From: the human T2T-CHM13v2.0 reference genome, Homo sapiens
Direction: 5' to 3' (one strand)
Length of the DNA: 64,000 nt
NCBI RefSeq assembly: GCF_009914755.1
Contig: NC_060926.1
Shown: one piece after another, positions 13,991 to 29,730 of the stretch
How positions within the stretch are numbered: position 1 is the first letter of the stretch
Layout of the letters: each line of letters begins with the position of its first letter
The notes under the pieces: generated by a model
The model's input: the letters and a program-made list of their open reading frames with translations, nothing else
The model's database searches: none
What the model was told of the DNA's origin: nothing
Made by a program: the position numbers and the translations under genes

Positions 13991-16900
13991 TCAATGCTGA
14001 CTAACTTTAGCTGTGTGACTTTGGGAAGTCAGTTAACCTCTGAATCTTAGTTCTCTCAAGTGTGAATTGTAAAAACAAGCCTTGTCTTAAATCTTGTCAG
14101 AACATAGTGAAATATAGAACATAAAAACCTGTTGATAAGCAGTATGCATATATCTGGAGTAATTACTTTTTTCAGTAATCCTGAACAACTCTTCACAATT
14201 TAACCTAATTTGTTCTAAATTATAGAATGACCAGAATGCTTTCAAAGTTCTTTAAATCCTTTCTGGATTTAACATGTACTGATAAACCTTTCAGCAAATG
14301 AGGATTTGAAATCTGCAGTTTACTAAATGTTACTATCTTGACTTTTCATTATAAGGAATTTTTCATAATCTTCTATAATATAATTTTACATGGCTTTCAA
14401 AAATCTTCAAAGCTGCTATTTTTCTCCTACCATGGAGCAGAAGAGAAAAAAGGTAAAAAGCTCATTGAATATAATATCAATGGTAATTAAAAAGCCACCA
14501 TTTCCCCCCGCAGACAAGCTAACTTTGAGAACCTGCCAGAGCTTTCACTAACAGCAACTGACTCATTTTCTCCTGTGTTGGTCTCAGCTTATTGCATACT
14601 ACTGCTAGAATGAAGTTCGTCCAGTTTTTAAAGAATCCTAAGGTGGTGAGATAAATGGTTTATATACTTCTTCTGATGTGCCCTACAGATGAACAAGTTA
14701 TCTCTTCCTCCTGGATTTAAAGCAAAATACAAAGACAAAGTCCATATAGTAATTTTAAAAACCTGTATCCAAAGCTAATTTGAAAGCCCAGCTTTGCAGG
14801 TGATATTTGTGTCCTTGAGGATAGACCAGAGGTTTTCAGGGACTGGTGCAGTTTGAGAAATCCCCTGGTATGCCCCCGACCCAGGAGAGGAGGTTGGCTT
14901 CCGCCACTCCTTGGAATTCACTTAGAATTTCCCTCTTTTCCAGCAGTTAAACTGCCATGGAAGGAGCTGGCCACCACCTTCTCAACTATCCCACTCTACC
15001 TGGAGCCCTCCCAGGAAATACTGGGCAAAGTGGAGACATTACTGTGAACTCCAGAAAATTCCACGAGTGTAATCTCTTCCCACGTAACCCATCTCCCTTC
15101 CCCCAGGATCCCAGCCCAATGCAAGGTGTTCAGAGGCGTTTCTGAAGCTTGTCAATATGCCAAAAGGAATAAAATATTTCAGTCCCTTTCAAGTGAGTCA
15201 GGTTCTGTGTTAGAGAAGGCTCCTTAGGGCAGCAACAGGAAGCGAGTTTCAAAGTTTGAGGGGACGGTATTTTTAAGAAATGGGCTAATGAGTAAAACAT
15301 TCAAATGATCCTGCTAAAGTTTACACTGAAAAAATGTTTTTAATTAAAAAAAAAAAAAATCAGCTGGAAGCTTTGCTACCAGAAAAGTACCAGTAGGTGG
15401 CATGAGTGTGCAAGAAATTCCACTCAACCACCAGTCAAACCTATCTTTTGGAAAAGAGAAACGTTGGGGCAGTCAGTTCTTGTTGCTGTTCGTCCTCTAG
15501 GGTGCAGTACCAGGAGCTGATGCAAGGGACCGTCTTACTGCAATGGCACGACATCATTGGGCAGAATCGAATTATGGAGAAAATGCTTTGCAGACTATCA
15601 AGTGCGATGCAATAGTACTGTTTCCTCTTTGTGATACATGATTTTTTTTCTGCAATGTTTGTTTTAGTATCTAAAGCTTTAGCTTATACAACTTCAAAAA
15701 TGTTTTTTGTCGAAAACTATGTTTTAATATTGGCTTTTAATTTGGTAATGGTAACCTGAGGCCTCAGAAAATTAAATGTCACAGTGTGACTTTGAAGTTA
15801 ACCTCTGGAAGCTCCATTTCCTCGACTTTAAAATATGAAAAATAATTTCTAGAGAACATGTGTGAGGACTTTATAAGCTGTATGGAATTCTAAAAATGAT
15901 ATATATTACAATAACTTGAATGAGGTTCAGTGTTACTTAACCGGTAGTGTAGGCTCCAGTTGCTGCAAAGAATTTTCCCGTTCATTTCTCCATTCAGCAG
16001 TGCTTGAGTGCCTGTTATGTGTGTCAGGCAGTATAGTAATAGAACAACACCTGGCACCTGTTTCCCAGCGGCCAGATGAAGGATATTTGCAAAGCCAGTA
16101 AAATTACTGAATGCATTCCTGCTGCAGGAAATGAAAGGTATTCAGCGTAGGGGTGCATGAACTCATGAAGCAGAATAAAAGGTCTTTCCTCTTCCAGCAA
16201 TTGCTTAATGTCTGCATTAGAAACAAGGAAGCCTTTCAGATTAAGTGAAAATAAATCTATTTCCATGTGTAAGAGATTCTGAAATTGGCTTAACTATACA
16301 CCCTAAAACAAGCTTTATCTGTCTCCCTTGCAGAAACAAATATAAATCAGCAATTTTGGGGCATACGCCAATAGGAACACTGACACCTCTGGCAGCCAGG
16401 CCAAGCAGAGGGCTTCTGTAACAGTGAGAGGCAAGGAGTCAAGGCTCAGAGCTGCCTTTGCACAAGAAACATCCCAGGTAAAGCATGACGATGGATTGCA
16501 GGGAGGAAGGGAGGTGAAATTCAAAGAATAGTAAATCCGTAGGACCTCAGGTTTAGCCATTGGTTGTGATCAGTGTCAGTGATCTCCAACTTAAATGCCT
16601 CCAGGTGCCAGGTCACTCAAGAAGTGGGCCTATGGTAGACAGCTGAAATCAGGGCTAACGGGGTGAGCAGGGAAGAGCATGTACCCCTTAAAGATGGTCA
16701 CTTTCAATTTAAGAGAAAATTCTAGCCAAATACAGTTTATTCTTTGGGCCTTAGGGGCTTCAGTTTATATTCTTTAATTTAGTCTAACCTCCCATTTTAA
16801 ACATTTGGAACCTAAGGCCAGGAGAAGTGAAGTGACTAAGCCAAGTTCTCATTGTGAGGAGCAGAGACATGACTACCCAGGGTGAGACATTTCACCTTAA

Positions 16901-17484
16901 CAAAGCACAGCAGAGTATGCTAAACGTCTTACAAATGTAGTAATATTTTCAAAACCTGGTGAGGCAAACTGGCAAAGAGTGGGGACCCTGTAACCGGAGT
17001 GCCTGTGCGTGAATCCCAGCTTTCACACATGATCACTACGCCCTGAGGCAAGTTTCTTCACCTTTCTGTACCTCTGTTCCCTCATCTCTAAAACAGGGTT
17101 AATAATAGTACTACCTTCATAGGGTTGTTGTGAGGCTAAAATGAGATAATAGATGTAAAGTGCTTAGACCAATGACTGGCCCATAACTATCATCACTCCC
17201 ATTTATAGATGAAAATGGATGCTCAGAGGTTAAGGTCACACAGTTTTACTTAGAGGTCAAGCGTGTGTGTGCGCACAGACAGCTGATGTGGAACTCCCTT
17301 TTAGATGCCTGATTTCCAAGCCTGACCATCTAAGCCCCACATCTGCCATAACCAGACTTGGGAAGGAAAACAAAAGGAGGGACTGGTACAGATCCCAGAG
17401 CGAGGTGCCAGTTGTTTCTTTCCACTTTTCAAGAGTAGCTAGGCTTCTAGAAAAGCAAGCAAGGATGAAGTAGTTGACATATAT

Positions 17485-17665
17485 CAGTGTTTCTCCAATT
17501 TGAGCATGCATAAGCCTCACCCACAAGGTGTGTTAGAACAGCCTGCTGGCTGCACTCCCAGAGATTCTGATTCCTCAGGGCTGGGTGGGGCCTGAGAACC
17601 TGCATTTCTAACTAGTAGATGATGCTGGTGCTGCCAGTCCAGAGAGCACACTTTCAGAACCACCG
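17485..17665. mobile_element. MER5A DNA transposon
   Basis: cagtgtttctccaa...gattctgattc...gggcctgagaacctgcatttctaac...cacactttcagaaccac. Confidence 0.7.
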
Positions 17666-18718
17666 ACATACCTCTTTTTCTAATCCTCAAAATAAGCTTA
17701 TGAGCTTGGCATCATCTCCATTTTCTTATAGAGAAAACCGAGTTCAGAGCATATGGCTGACTCATCCAACAGCACACTATTTTAAAGGAATGGAATTGAT
17801 CTTAAGTCTAGTTGGTCTGCCTTTGAAGCTCTTTGTCCTGTGCTTTTCCTACCTCACCATGCGAGATGAGGCATGAGCATTTATGCTCTCCCAGGCACAG
17901 AGCTGTGGGCCAGAAGAACAAAGATGCACAGGATCTCTGTCGTGAGGAGGAGCATGTGGGTGGAGAAAATGTGAGGACGGCTTCTCTGGAGAAGGGAAGG
18001 CCTAACCACCAGTTGCTACCATCTTCCTTCCTAGTCCACCAACTGCCTTACCTCCCCTACCTCACAGCTGCATAGTTGGACCAGTCACAGCCATGACACC
18101 TGCCTTCACTGGCTTTTCCCTCCCTGCCCTGTGAGGCCCCATCTGCCTCCATAGGTTCGTTGCCCTCAAAGCTTCAGTCATGCCAAGTCCTCGTTCATCC
18201 CGAAAGTGGCACGCTCTCTCCAGCTTGCTCTGCTGCATTCGGTCTTTCTTCTGACTCGGATGTCTACTTCCTGCTTTCCCTGGAATTCTCCTACTTGTCC
18301 TCGAAGACTCAACTCCTCCGGCCACCCATCTCTCATGCCCATCAGTGTCCCTTCCTGAGAAACTCTGGCTTACCCCTTTCATAGCACTTGTGTACATGGT
18401 TGTACAATTATTTACTGGTCTACTTCTCCTTCTATGCTAAATTTCTAGTCTCAACCAACTTTTATCTCTAAGTCTTCAAGAGCTTCAATACTTGTCTACA
18501 CATTAGATTCACCTAGGTATCTTTAAAAAATTCCAAAGCCAGGCCACTTCAGGCTAATTAAGTCACAATCTTTGAAGGTGGAACACGCCATCAGCATTTT
18601 TCAAACCTCACCAGGTGATTCCAGTGTGCAGACAAGCTTGGTAAGCACTGAAACAGAGTTTTAAAATAAGTGCAGGATGAGTTTTGTGGGTGGTTGGATG
18701 AGTGGATAATTAGATGGC

Positions 18719-18764
18719 TGATGGATGGATGGATGGATGGATGGATGGATGGATACATGGATGA
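18719..18764. repeat. (TGGA)n microsatellite
   Basis: Direct tandem tggatggatgga. Confidence 0.9.
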
Positions 18765-19509
18765 TGAAGCTGAAGGGTGAAACAGAGTGCCAAGCAAGCA
18801 GAAGGAGAAGTGGTTTCAGTAAGAGCTAACAGCATAAGAAAAAGCCCAGAGTAACAAGGTACACAGGAACTGATAGAAGACAAAACTAACAAGGTAGTGA
18901 GGGGGCACACTGCAAAGGGCCTGACCTGCCATGCTCAGGAATTTGAATTTGCTGCTGTCGGTGATGGAAGCCATAGAAGGATTATACGTAGAAGAGTGAA
19001 ATGGTCAAATATATTTTTTAGAAAGCCAGTTGGCAATTGTGAGACCTTACTGGAACAGGGAAAGGCAGGAGGCAGGAAAAAAATGATTTTTCTGCTCAAC
19101 CCTCCTGCTAGAGACTGGCCTCTAGGAGGCTGGTCAGCTTTCAGGAGCAGCAGCCCACTGAAAGCTGATCATGAGACCACTGGAAGCCATGGGGTGGCTG
19201 TGGTGTTCCTGATCTTTAGCTGCTGGCAGAACTAGGACTCAAATCCAGGTCTTCCTGCCTCCAAGTCTCATAACTCTTTATACTTACTTCAAATTAGCAG
19301 CTCCTCCAGATGGTTTCTCTCACTCAATACCCTCATGGGAAAAGTGAGAATTGACTAATTTATACACAAGGGCAAACAGACATTGATTCATCAGTGGCCA
19401 GTGATAATCAACGTTAACCCTGCCAATGAAGCCATTTGCTTTGGGAACCAAACTGCAAAGAGAAGCACAGTGGTGAAGCCATTAATCATGCTTTCCTATT
19501 TTGTCTCCT

Positions 19510-19658
<149 letters not shown>

Positions 19659-20027
19659 TAATCAATTAATCAGCTCTCTGATACTCTAGCAATTATCCTC
19701 TGAATTGGGTTTCCCTGTGTTATCCAGGAGGCAACTCACCTTGCTGCCACCGCATTTTCTCTGAAGCTACATTTTTCTTCTGGCCAGATACATGCTGGAG
19801 TGTCTTTTCTTCTCCCTAATTCCCCAGACTAGTGACCCAGAAAGGCAAGGGCATGGGGAAGAATATGCGAGCTGGAGTCAGAGGAGGCTTCAAGCTCTCC
19901 ACTGGGTTTCCTGCTCCCCCAACCTGGTGGGCTCCCTTGCCACATATGGAGAAGGTCCCAAGCCTACACCTGGGAGGGCCAATCAGACCCCATGTGCTCG
20001 CTCTGTTTTTTTATTTTTCTTTCTTTC

Positions 20028-20175
20028 TTTTTGTTTTCTTTTTTAAACTTTTGCAGAGATAGGGTCTCCCTATGTTGACTAGGCTGGTCTCGAACTCCTG
20101 GGCTCAAGTGATCCTCCAGCCTTGGCCTCCTCCCAAAGTGCTGGGATTACAGGCATGAGCCACCACACCCGGCCT
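20028..20175 (-). mobile_element. Alu monomer (FLAM-like)
   Basis: Left-arm-only Alu with T-rich tail. Confidence 0.8.
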
Positions 20176-20753
20176 TCTGTTGTTGTTTTTTTGTCCTTTC
20201 TTTTCCCTTCTTTCCTCATCTGGTAATTTATTTTTCTTTCTCCCTTCTCTTTTATTTCTGTTTATTTTCTCTCGTCTTTCTTCTGCAAGCATCCTCCTTT
20301 GCTTACGGCTACTTCTTTCCCATTCATCTCCTGTCACCTTCCCCAGGGCTGTCACACTCAGATTTTGCCCCGACCAGGAGTGCCTGGCCAAGGAGGAGAG
20401 TGTGGATTGAGCTCGCCAAGCCAAGCACCTAGCCACCCTGAAGGGGATGCCTTTTCTAACAAGCAGGAGGTGCTACAAGGACTGGCTACCTGGCTCTTTT
20501 GCACTCTCTCCTTTCTGTGTCTGTCTCCTCTGTTCTGGAGCAATGTGATGGAGAGGACAGAGCATGAGCTCTGGAGTCAGGCCTCTGTTTAAATCCTGGC
20601 TCTGCCATTTACTGATTCTGTGACCTCGACCACGTTTTTGACCTCCCTGAACTTCAATTTCCTCATCTGTGCACACCTCCTGGATTGTTAATCCTAAATG
20701 CCTAGGGAGGCATTCAAGCACGGTGAACACAGTGCACAGTCTTATGAGTGTGA

Positions 20754-21128
<375 letters not shown>

Positions 21129-21442
21129 TCTAAGCCCCAGTTTTCTAACCTCTTCAATGAGATGATAACCAGACCAAATTTGTAGGGTTTTTATGAAGAT
21201 AAAGGAGGTAACTCAGGGAAAGTACTTAACATCTGGACACATAGTAAACATGAAATAACTTCCAATTGTACATTATGATTGTTGTTGCTATATATTACTT
21301 GTACACCACCTAGCTCATGGTAGGTACTTGTGGTATCCAGCCTCCAAGATGCCCCCAGTCAGGCCTTGAGATGACTGCAGCCCTGGCTGATGTACGATGG
21401 CAGCCTCATGGGAGACCCAGAGCCAGAACTGGCCAGCCAAAT

Positions 21443-21797
21443 TGTCTGAGTCCATTGGGGGATCTTATAACAAAACACATAAATTGGGTGGCTTATAACT
21501 AAAAAGCATTTATTTCTCACAGTCCTGAAGGCTGGGAAGTCCAGGGCCCCAGCAGATTCAGTGTCTGGTGAGGGCCTGCCTCCTTACAGATGGTGCCTTC
21601 TTGCTGTGTCCTCATACGGTGGATGGGAAAAATTCTGGTCTCTTCCACCCCTTATAAAGGCACTAATCCCATTCACAAGGGCTCCACTCTCATGACCTAA
21701 CCACCTCTCAAAGGCCTCACCTCGTAATACCATTACACTGGGGATTCTGTTTCAACATGGGAATTTAGGGAGGATGTAAACATTCAGACCATAGTAA
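21443..21797 (-). mobile_element. MLT1A/MST-like LTR nested in an older MLT1 LTR (~21329-21890, +)
   Basis: tgtctgagtccatt...aacattcagaccatagta termini inside tgtggtatccagcctccaagatg...ttcctgacccatagaaactgtg. Confidence 0.7.
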
Positions 21798-21909
21798 CCA
21801 CCAAATTCCTGACCCATAGAAACTGTGCATGATCAATTTTTATTGTTTTAAGCCACTCATTTGTTATGAAGCAAAAATTAACAAATACAATGCTTTAAAA
21901 AAAAAAGTC

Positions 21910-22213
21910 GGCCAGGTGCGGTGGCTCACACCTGTAATCCCAGCACTCTGGGAGGCCGAGGCAGGCGGATCACGAGGTCAGGAGATTGAGACCATCATGG
22001 CCAACATGGTGAAACCCCGTCTCTACTAAAAATACAAAAAATTAGCCAGGCGTGGTGGTGGGTGCCTGTAGTCCCAGCTACTCGGGAGGGTGAGGCAGGA
22101 GAATGGCATGAACCTGGGAGGCGGAGCTTGCAGTGAGCCAAGCGCCACTGCACTCCAGCTGGGCGACAGAGTGAGTGAGACTCCATCTCAAAAAAAAAAA
22201 AAAAAAAAAAAAA
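21910..22213 (+). mobile_element. Alu (Y/Sc-like)
   Basis: Full dimer with A-tail. Confidence 0.92.
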
Positions 22214-24174
22214 TAGCCCCCTCTCCCTTCCAAGTGAGAGAAAACAGATTGGCATTTCCTTCTGCAAATCCATGCAGTCCAGCACGTGGTCAGCAGGGAG
22301 AGTCATTGGACCACGTTCTGGTCTAAATGTGTTGGCATTTTCCTCACTAAAGCAGTGAGCACACCCAGCTTAGGCCAGAGGAGATGCCAGACCAGTAAAG
22401 AAGAGGCCAGCCACCCCAGGCCCCTGCTCCATCAGTGAGCTGCTGGTGGCCCCAGGGGAATGCTCAGTCCCAAGAACCAGCTCAGAGCAGGCTCCTGCCC
22501 TGTACGAGGAAACCCAGAGAATGATTCTGAGACTTGCTTCATGGGCTTGAATACAACTCCCCAGTGGCCAAAGAACTCCTGTTCTTGGACTTGAGCAAAG
22601 ACCCCAAGAAGGGTGCCATGGCCAGTGGCATCACTTGGGGAAGGGCACCTGTAACTCTTCCGAGTAACTCCTCTGCCCTTGAGAAGAAAGGGGCAGAGTA
22701 CCTGACCCAAGTGACAGGTCTTGCTCCTTCTGCTGTCCTGTGTCAACCCCAGCCCCTGACGCTGTCAGTAACCACTCTTGTGGTTGCTTCATAACAAGCA
22801 TGTGAGTCTCTGGCTGCAGGAGGGCAGAAGCATCTGATGACTGAGGATTTGGGGCCCCCCGTCAGACTCTGACATCACCATCCCTCCCCAATGCCCATTT
22901 GCAAACCCAAGTAGGGATCAAACCCAGCCTCAACTGGATCTGCCGCAACCTTAGAAGTGCTGTGAATCCACTCTAATCACCAGTTTAGATCATCAGGGAC
23001 CATACCTAAGGACCAGCCAGCCAGCCCCAAAGAGGGCCACACAGCCAGCTGGAGTCAGGGCTGGAGAGTGCAGGGCCTACTTCCTTCCAGGAGAGGGGAG
23101 AGATGAGTGAAACAGCTGAGAAAACCCCCCTGCTTTCTTCCTGTGCCCTCCAGAAAGAACAGACAGCCCTTATGGCTTGCATCTCCCCAGAGCCTGAGAC
23201 CCAGGGTATCAGGGCCTTCCAGGTCCTTCTGCTACATCTCCCTGGCCCAGTAAAGGCAGCACTTTGCAGGGGAGGGAGGAAAGAGTTGGACATATCCTGG
23301 ATGCTTCACCTTATTCCTTGTTGGTGTATGGGGCTGGAGGTGAGAGGTCATCACAAGGGGTGAGAGGGTAAAAGTTAAGGTACTTTGAGAAGCCCCAGCC
23401 CCAGGAATGATCCCTGGCACCTACTCCCCCTTCCCATAGACTGGATAGGAAGCAGGACCACCCACCTCCCTGAGGGGACTTGTGGAAATGCAACAGAGGC
23501 ATTTTTTTCTCATAATGTGGTGTGTTTAAGCATCTACACATTGTAATACATGCATATAAGTAACATTATAAATTACTTTTAATGTCTTTATATTACAGCA
23601 CATTATTTATAATCATTGGAATTACATATATAGCCAGAATTTAATAATTGTAGAATAGCATATGCTTTAGTATTTGATAGGGTTAATCCACATTCATTCC
23701 TTTTGTTTTCAGAATTTGCCTGTTACCTGCATAGCAGGTGCTCAATAAATATTTTTATAAGTGAATGCTTCAAGGGGCTTATGGTCTGTAGGGCATGCTA
23801 AAACTAAGTAGATAAAAGAAACAGTGCCATAGGAATATATTCATTCAACAAATCATGATTGAGTGCCAACTACGTCTAAGGCACGATGCTAAAGGCTGTG
23901 CAGGACCCTCCAGAAGACTAAGTCACTATTTACATAGAAAACACAGCCATGTGCAAAATGAAGGGTGCTCTACAGCCATCAAGAAGCTGGGGTGGTCCCT
24001 TCTGGCCCAGGGAAGAAAGTGGAGAACTATGAGAGTCTAAGTGGTAGGCTTTGGGGAGAAGCTGCACATTTATGCATTTTTAGGAAAAGTCACCCAAAAA
24101 GGAGCTCTTTGGAATACCTATGCAAGATGGAAGAATTCTTCAATCCCAGGTACATTCACCTTTCCAATCCCTAG

Positions 24175-24573
<399 letters not shown>

Positions 24574-27158
24574 CAAAAACATATTTAGAAGAACATTATG
24601 GCCTGCCTCCACATGAAAAATTTCTTGTCAGAAATGTGTTTGCCTCATTACAAAGAAACAACCTCCCCCCAGCATATTGGAATAGCTTTACCCGCTTCTC
24701 AGCAGTCACAAAATTGATTTTCTGTTCCCTCTTAACTCCCTCTGGACAGTGGAACTCAGTTATCAAGCATAACTTCCTGTTCTTTCGGTAACCCTATTTG
24801 GTGAAATTAGAATTAGGAGTTTAATTCAATGTAGTGCAAAGCCCAATGAGATTAACTTCATGGTTTCAAGACCTTCGCTAGGAAACAGAATCCTGCGTTC
24901 TCTATTTCTCTTTCAAAAATTGACATACAACTGAAGAAAAAGGATATTGGGGGTACATCAGCCTTGGGCCTGGGCCCCCTCCTGGGTCCTATGACCCACT
25001 CTGCTCTGAATCTGTTGAGCCCTTGATATCTAAAAACCTGCTCTGTAAAGCTTGACCTGTGCCTATCTTTTAAAACAATAACTTTTTTCTTAGATTTCAG
25101 GTGGCAAAGTAAGGTGGCCCACTGAGCCAAAGTAAAAGTAAGGTGGCCAAAACACAAATAGTTGCCATTCTTCAGGCGCTTCCCAAGGGGGATGCACTTT
25201 CCCAAGGGGGATGAGACATGTAATGTAATCCTCACCATCGTCTTGAAGACATACATGACCTTGCTGCTGCACATGGCTGCGCACTCAGAAGGGCCCTGTG
25301 CTTGGTTTAGTGTTCTGCTGTTGTTCTCCTGACATTTGTAATACTTTTTGAGCAAAGGATCCTGCATTTTCACTTTACACTGCACCTGCAAAGTATAGAG
25401 CCAGTCCTATCCTCACCATAACCCTTTTGTTTGGTAGGTATTGTTAATCCTATTTTTTAAATGGGAAACCTATGATTAGAGTAGGTTCAGTAACTCACCC
25501 AAGGTCATAGAGACTGATGATGGCAGCCTTGGGCTTTGAAGCCAGGTCTCTACTATAAACCCCAGATCCACTGCCCTCCTGGCTCAGCTGTCTAATTCCA
25601 GTCAGCCCACATCTCTGAATTAGGATATTAATTCTGGGATAGTCCAGGTTAAAGCGCATTAGCAGGTGGTTTTTCCTTAATCATCAAGATTGTTACTTTA
25701 GCTCTCTAAATAGTTCTGCATGTGAAGTATTTATTTTCTGAAAAAATGTTCAGCAAAATGTAATACATTTTGTCTTTGAAACCTAGGCGATCTTTTTATC
25801 CTCATACACTTTTAAAATGACATTAGGGATGTCAACATGAAGAATATTTGCTCTATAACAAAATTACTTCTCATTCTAAGATGTAGTGATTTAATAATTA
25901 AAATAATATCCATAAAATATAAATACAAGGTATTCATAAATAAATTAAATTGGATTGCAGCTGTTAAGAGCCAATTATCATGTAAAATATCTCTGATGGT
26001 CAAAATAATAAGAGAGCAGAATATTAATTTTGACATTCTCTATAGACCATGAGCATAAATTGCTAAAATGGCCTAATCGGTTATGGAATTTTACTGAGAT
26101 TTGAGGTCGCCCTTAAAATATTCATTGTGTGTTAGAAATTAGTTGTCTTGATTGATTTTAGTTATAATTCCATTATATGTTTACAAGATGGAGGAAGATA
26201 GGGTGCCATAAAACAGACGTCTGCTTATGAAATAATAGTAGTAATTAGGATGGTGGCTCCATGATTGAGAAGCAGAGAAACCTAGATTTGAATCCCAGTT
26301 TCACCCCTTTCTGGCTGTGTGACCTTAAGCAATTAACTTTTCAAACGTCCTCATCTTTAGAAAAGGGTTATGATAAGGAATAAATTAGATGATGTATAAA
26401 GCATATAGCCCAGAGACTGGCACTTAGCAAGCACAAAATAAATATTAGTTCTTATGATTTCTGCGCCACAATACGGGAACTTGAAATGGTTGGAAAGACA
26501 GCACTTCCCTATCTTGGTTATTATGCATCAACTTTGATCTTAAGGACCATAAAATATTCTTTAGCACCAACTTAAGAAATTATCAGGATATTCTCAGCCG
26601 TGTGGTGTAGCAGGGGGAGTTGGGGAACCCTGATTTGCAGCATTCGACAATTCCCATGGTGTAAATAATCTTACCATGACTGATTTCAGGCTACCAAAGT
26701 GATATCCCTAAATGTGGAGTTGGGAATGGTGTGCACACTTGTGTCTCATGAGCCAACATAACCCGGCTCCCATTGGTCCTACTGGTACTTTGGAACTAAG
26801 AATGAAAATGATGTGTTGGTTCTCTTTCTGGCTTCGTTGCTCCCTAGTTGCAAGACCCTTTGCAATTCACATCTTCCCTGGGCCTCAGCTTCTTTATCTG
26901 TAAAATGGAGATAGCAATACCTACCTGGTATGACTCCTTGGGCTGACGTGACAATTAAGTAAATACAGGACATGAACAACTATTGAAACTGTGAAACACA
27001 ATGTAATCGAAAATAATTGGTAGTTGTTGATGCACAGACTACTACTGTAGTCGCCAAGGTGGTGTGGTCCAATTTTAAAAGTCCCAAGATATGGAATTCC
27101 TTTGTCTTTTGATCTGCTGTTCAGCTGGGCCCTGGAGCTGTTGGTTTACTTACCCTAA

Positions 27159-27491
<333 letters not shown>

Positions 27492-29730
27492 CATCCCTTT
27501 TTTTTTCTTTCTCTGTGACCATTTAACTCAATGATTATCTGCACAATTAACAATAAAACAAGTTAGGCTCTTCCAAGCCACAGGAAACAAAGACTGGCTC
27601 CTGTTACCTGAGGCTGCAGAGCTTGGGAAGCCATCCATTCAGATGTCCCACTACCCACCGGTGCACAGGAACAAAATTCTTGTCCTTCAGGGTTATTATG
27701 GTGGCCTGGTCACTTTGTTGTCCCCTCAGAAATGGATGTCCTTAGTCCCCTGCTGATCACAAAGCTCTGTATCCATCTCTCAGTTTCTGTCTCCTCTTGA
27801 CTGCTCTCTGCTGTGACCACCTCTACTTCAACTACATTGAAAGACACTCAGTGCAGTGGTAGGAGCCTGAGTCACAGTGCCTGGGTTCACATCCAGCACC
27901 ATCGGGTTCTTGCTTTGGGATGGGTGTCTAATCTTCCTGTGCCTCAGCCTCTTCATCTGCAAAATGGGGACAACAGCACCTACCTCATAGGGTTGTTATG
28001 AGATTAAAGAGAGTTGAGGCGTGAGATGTTAAGAACCGTGTTTGGCACATGGCAGCAATAGTTGCTGGCAGCTGCCCTCTGCTTCCATGGCTGTCTCTCT
28101 GTGGTCCCCCATCGAGTCCAGGTTCTGAAGAGGTCCATTTGACACTGTTCAGTGGAGTGTTTCCCTCCTGGAGGGACGGTTCTTGTAGATTCTGGCTTCC
28201 CTTATGTCTGCATAAATGTGGCTGCCTTTGATGACATAGTAAGGTCCCAAGGCACGGAGCACGGCACATCACTGGGAGGAGCCACCGGAGCCCATATTAA
28301 TCCAGGAGGAATGTGGTCATCTCTCAGCTTCTCTCCTTTCCAGCAAGCAGTCCTTTCTGAACATCTGCAAGGAGGCAACATCAAACCACAAGCACTTCCA
28401 GGAAGACACAGTCCATGGCAGGGTACAGGAAGGCTCTGGGGATGATGATAATCAGAGCAGCATACAAGAACATTGTAGTTACTCTTTCATTAGTGGACAT
28501 TTTAGAGGCTTGCCCTTCACTGTCCTTGGTTGGAAAATCCATTCCTTAAAGGGTGTGGCGACAGCCAATCTTTTCCCACCCCAGTGCCCCTGAGTGGCCC
28601 CCTCCCATTGGGAACAGCCTGTGAGGATATCAGCGTGTCTCAGGCTGGGGCATAATCATCTCCAAGGGGCATGATCCTCTTGATAAGAAACAGCCAGCTC
28701 CTTCATTTTCCTCAGAAGGAAAGCATTTAAGAGTGTGTTTCCAAGGTTCAGCTGCTCATCTAATAACAATAATAATTACCTTAATGTTCTTCAATAGGGG
28801 ATTAGTTAAACAAATTATGGTACATACATGGTACATGATGCAGCCATTAAATGAAGTAGAACGATACACCGTATTTCATTAATCCTTATACCACTCTATA
28901 TCTGTACCACGTGGGTGGCTTTGAAGTCAAAGGGCAGCGCCCAGTTGCATCCTGAATTAAAATCATCCCCCTGGATGGGAGCCAAAATTCCATTTCCATG
29001 CTGGCTGCCTGAAACGGGAGACAGATGACCCGGCATGAACAAGTTTCCTGGAACATCACTGGGAAGCCAAAAGGACATTGTAGAGATGAGGCTGAGGCTA
29101 GAATGACAATTTCTGGGAGACGGCAAGGTTCAGAACTGGATGTTCCAAGTGGAGGATGAGTATGAGTCACCAAATTGAGAAAGTCTCTAACACTCCCTTG
29201 CAGTAGCACAGTCAGATGGTCAGGCTGGTTCAAGGACGGCAAACTGCCTGCCTACCGGCTGCTGCCTTGAGGACTCAGCTGCTCCTATGGGACTGAACAC
29301 CTGGGAAGCGTCAAAACAGACTGCTTTCCGCTGGAAATTAGAAGGACTAGCAGCGAGTCCTGTGCTAGGGAACAGAGAACATGTTTGGGAAAGGGTTAGA
29401 ACATGCCCCAGAAATAACACAAGGCTGAACAGGCTCCAGAGCAGAGATGCTGCTGCCCACATGAGCATCTACAAGGTCCCACCCAAAGGGGAGCTGGCAG
29501 TCCCAGAGCCACGTGGGAGAGCATTTCTGGGCAGGTCTCCTTCACCACTCTCAAAGGAGCATATGGCAGCATAGATAGCAATTGGGGCTGATATGCTGAA
29601 TTCATAACCTTACAGCAGGGACTTGGGGAACATTGACATCTCCTGTAACTATTGCAGGGTGCTTTCTGCCTGGGACCTACAAGCAAGGCTTGGAGGTCCA
29701 CACATGCCCTCACTGAGTTCCTGCTGCAAT

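Noticed and set aside
24858-25391. Longest ORF in the track (177 aa, - strand)
   Set aside because: No recognisable domain, no clear ATG start or exon structure; consistent with a chance ORF.
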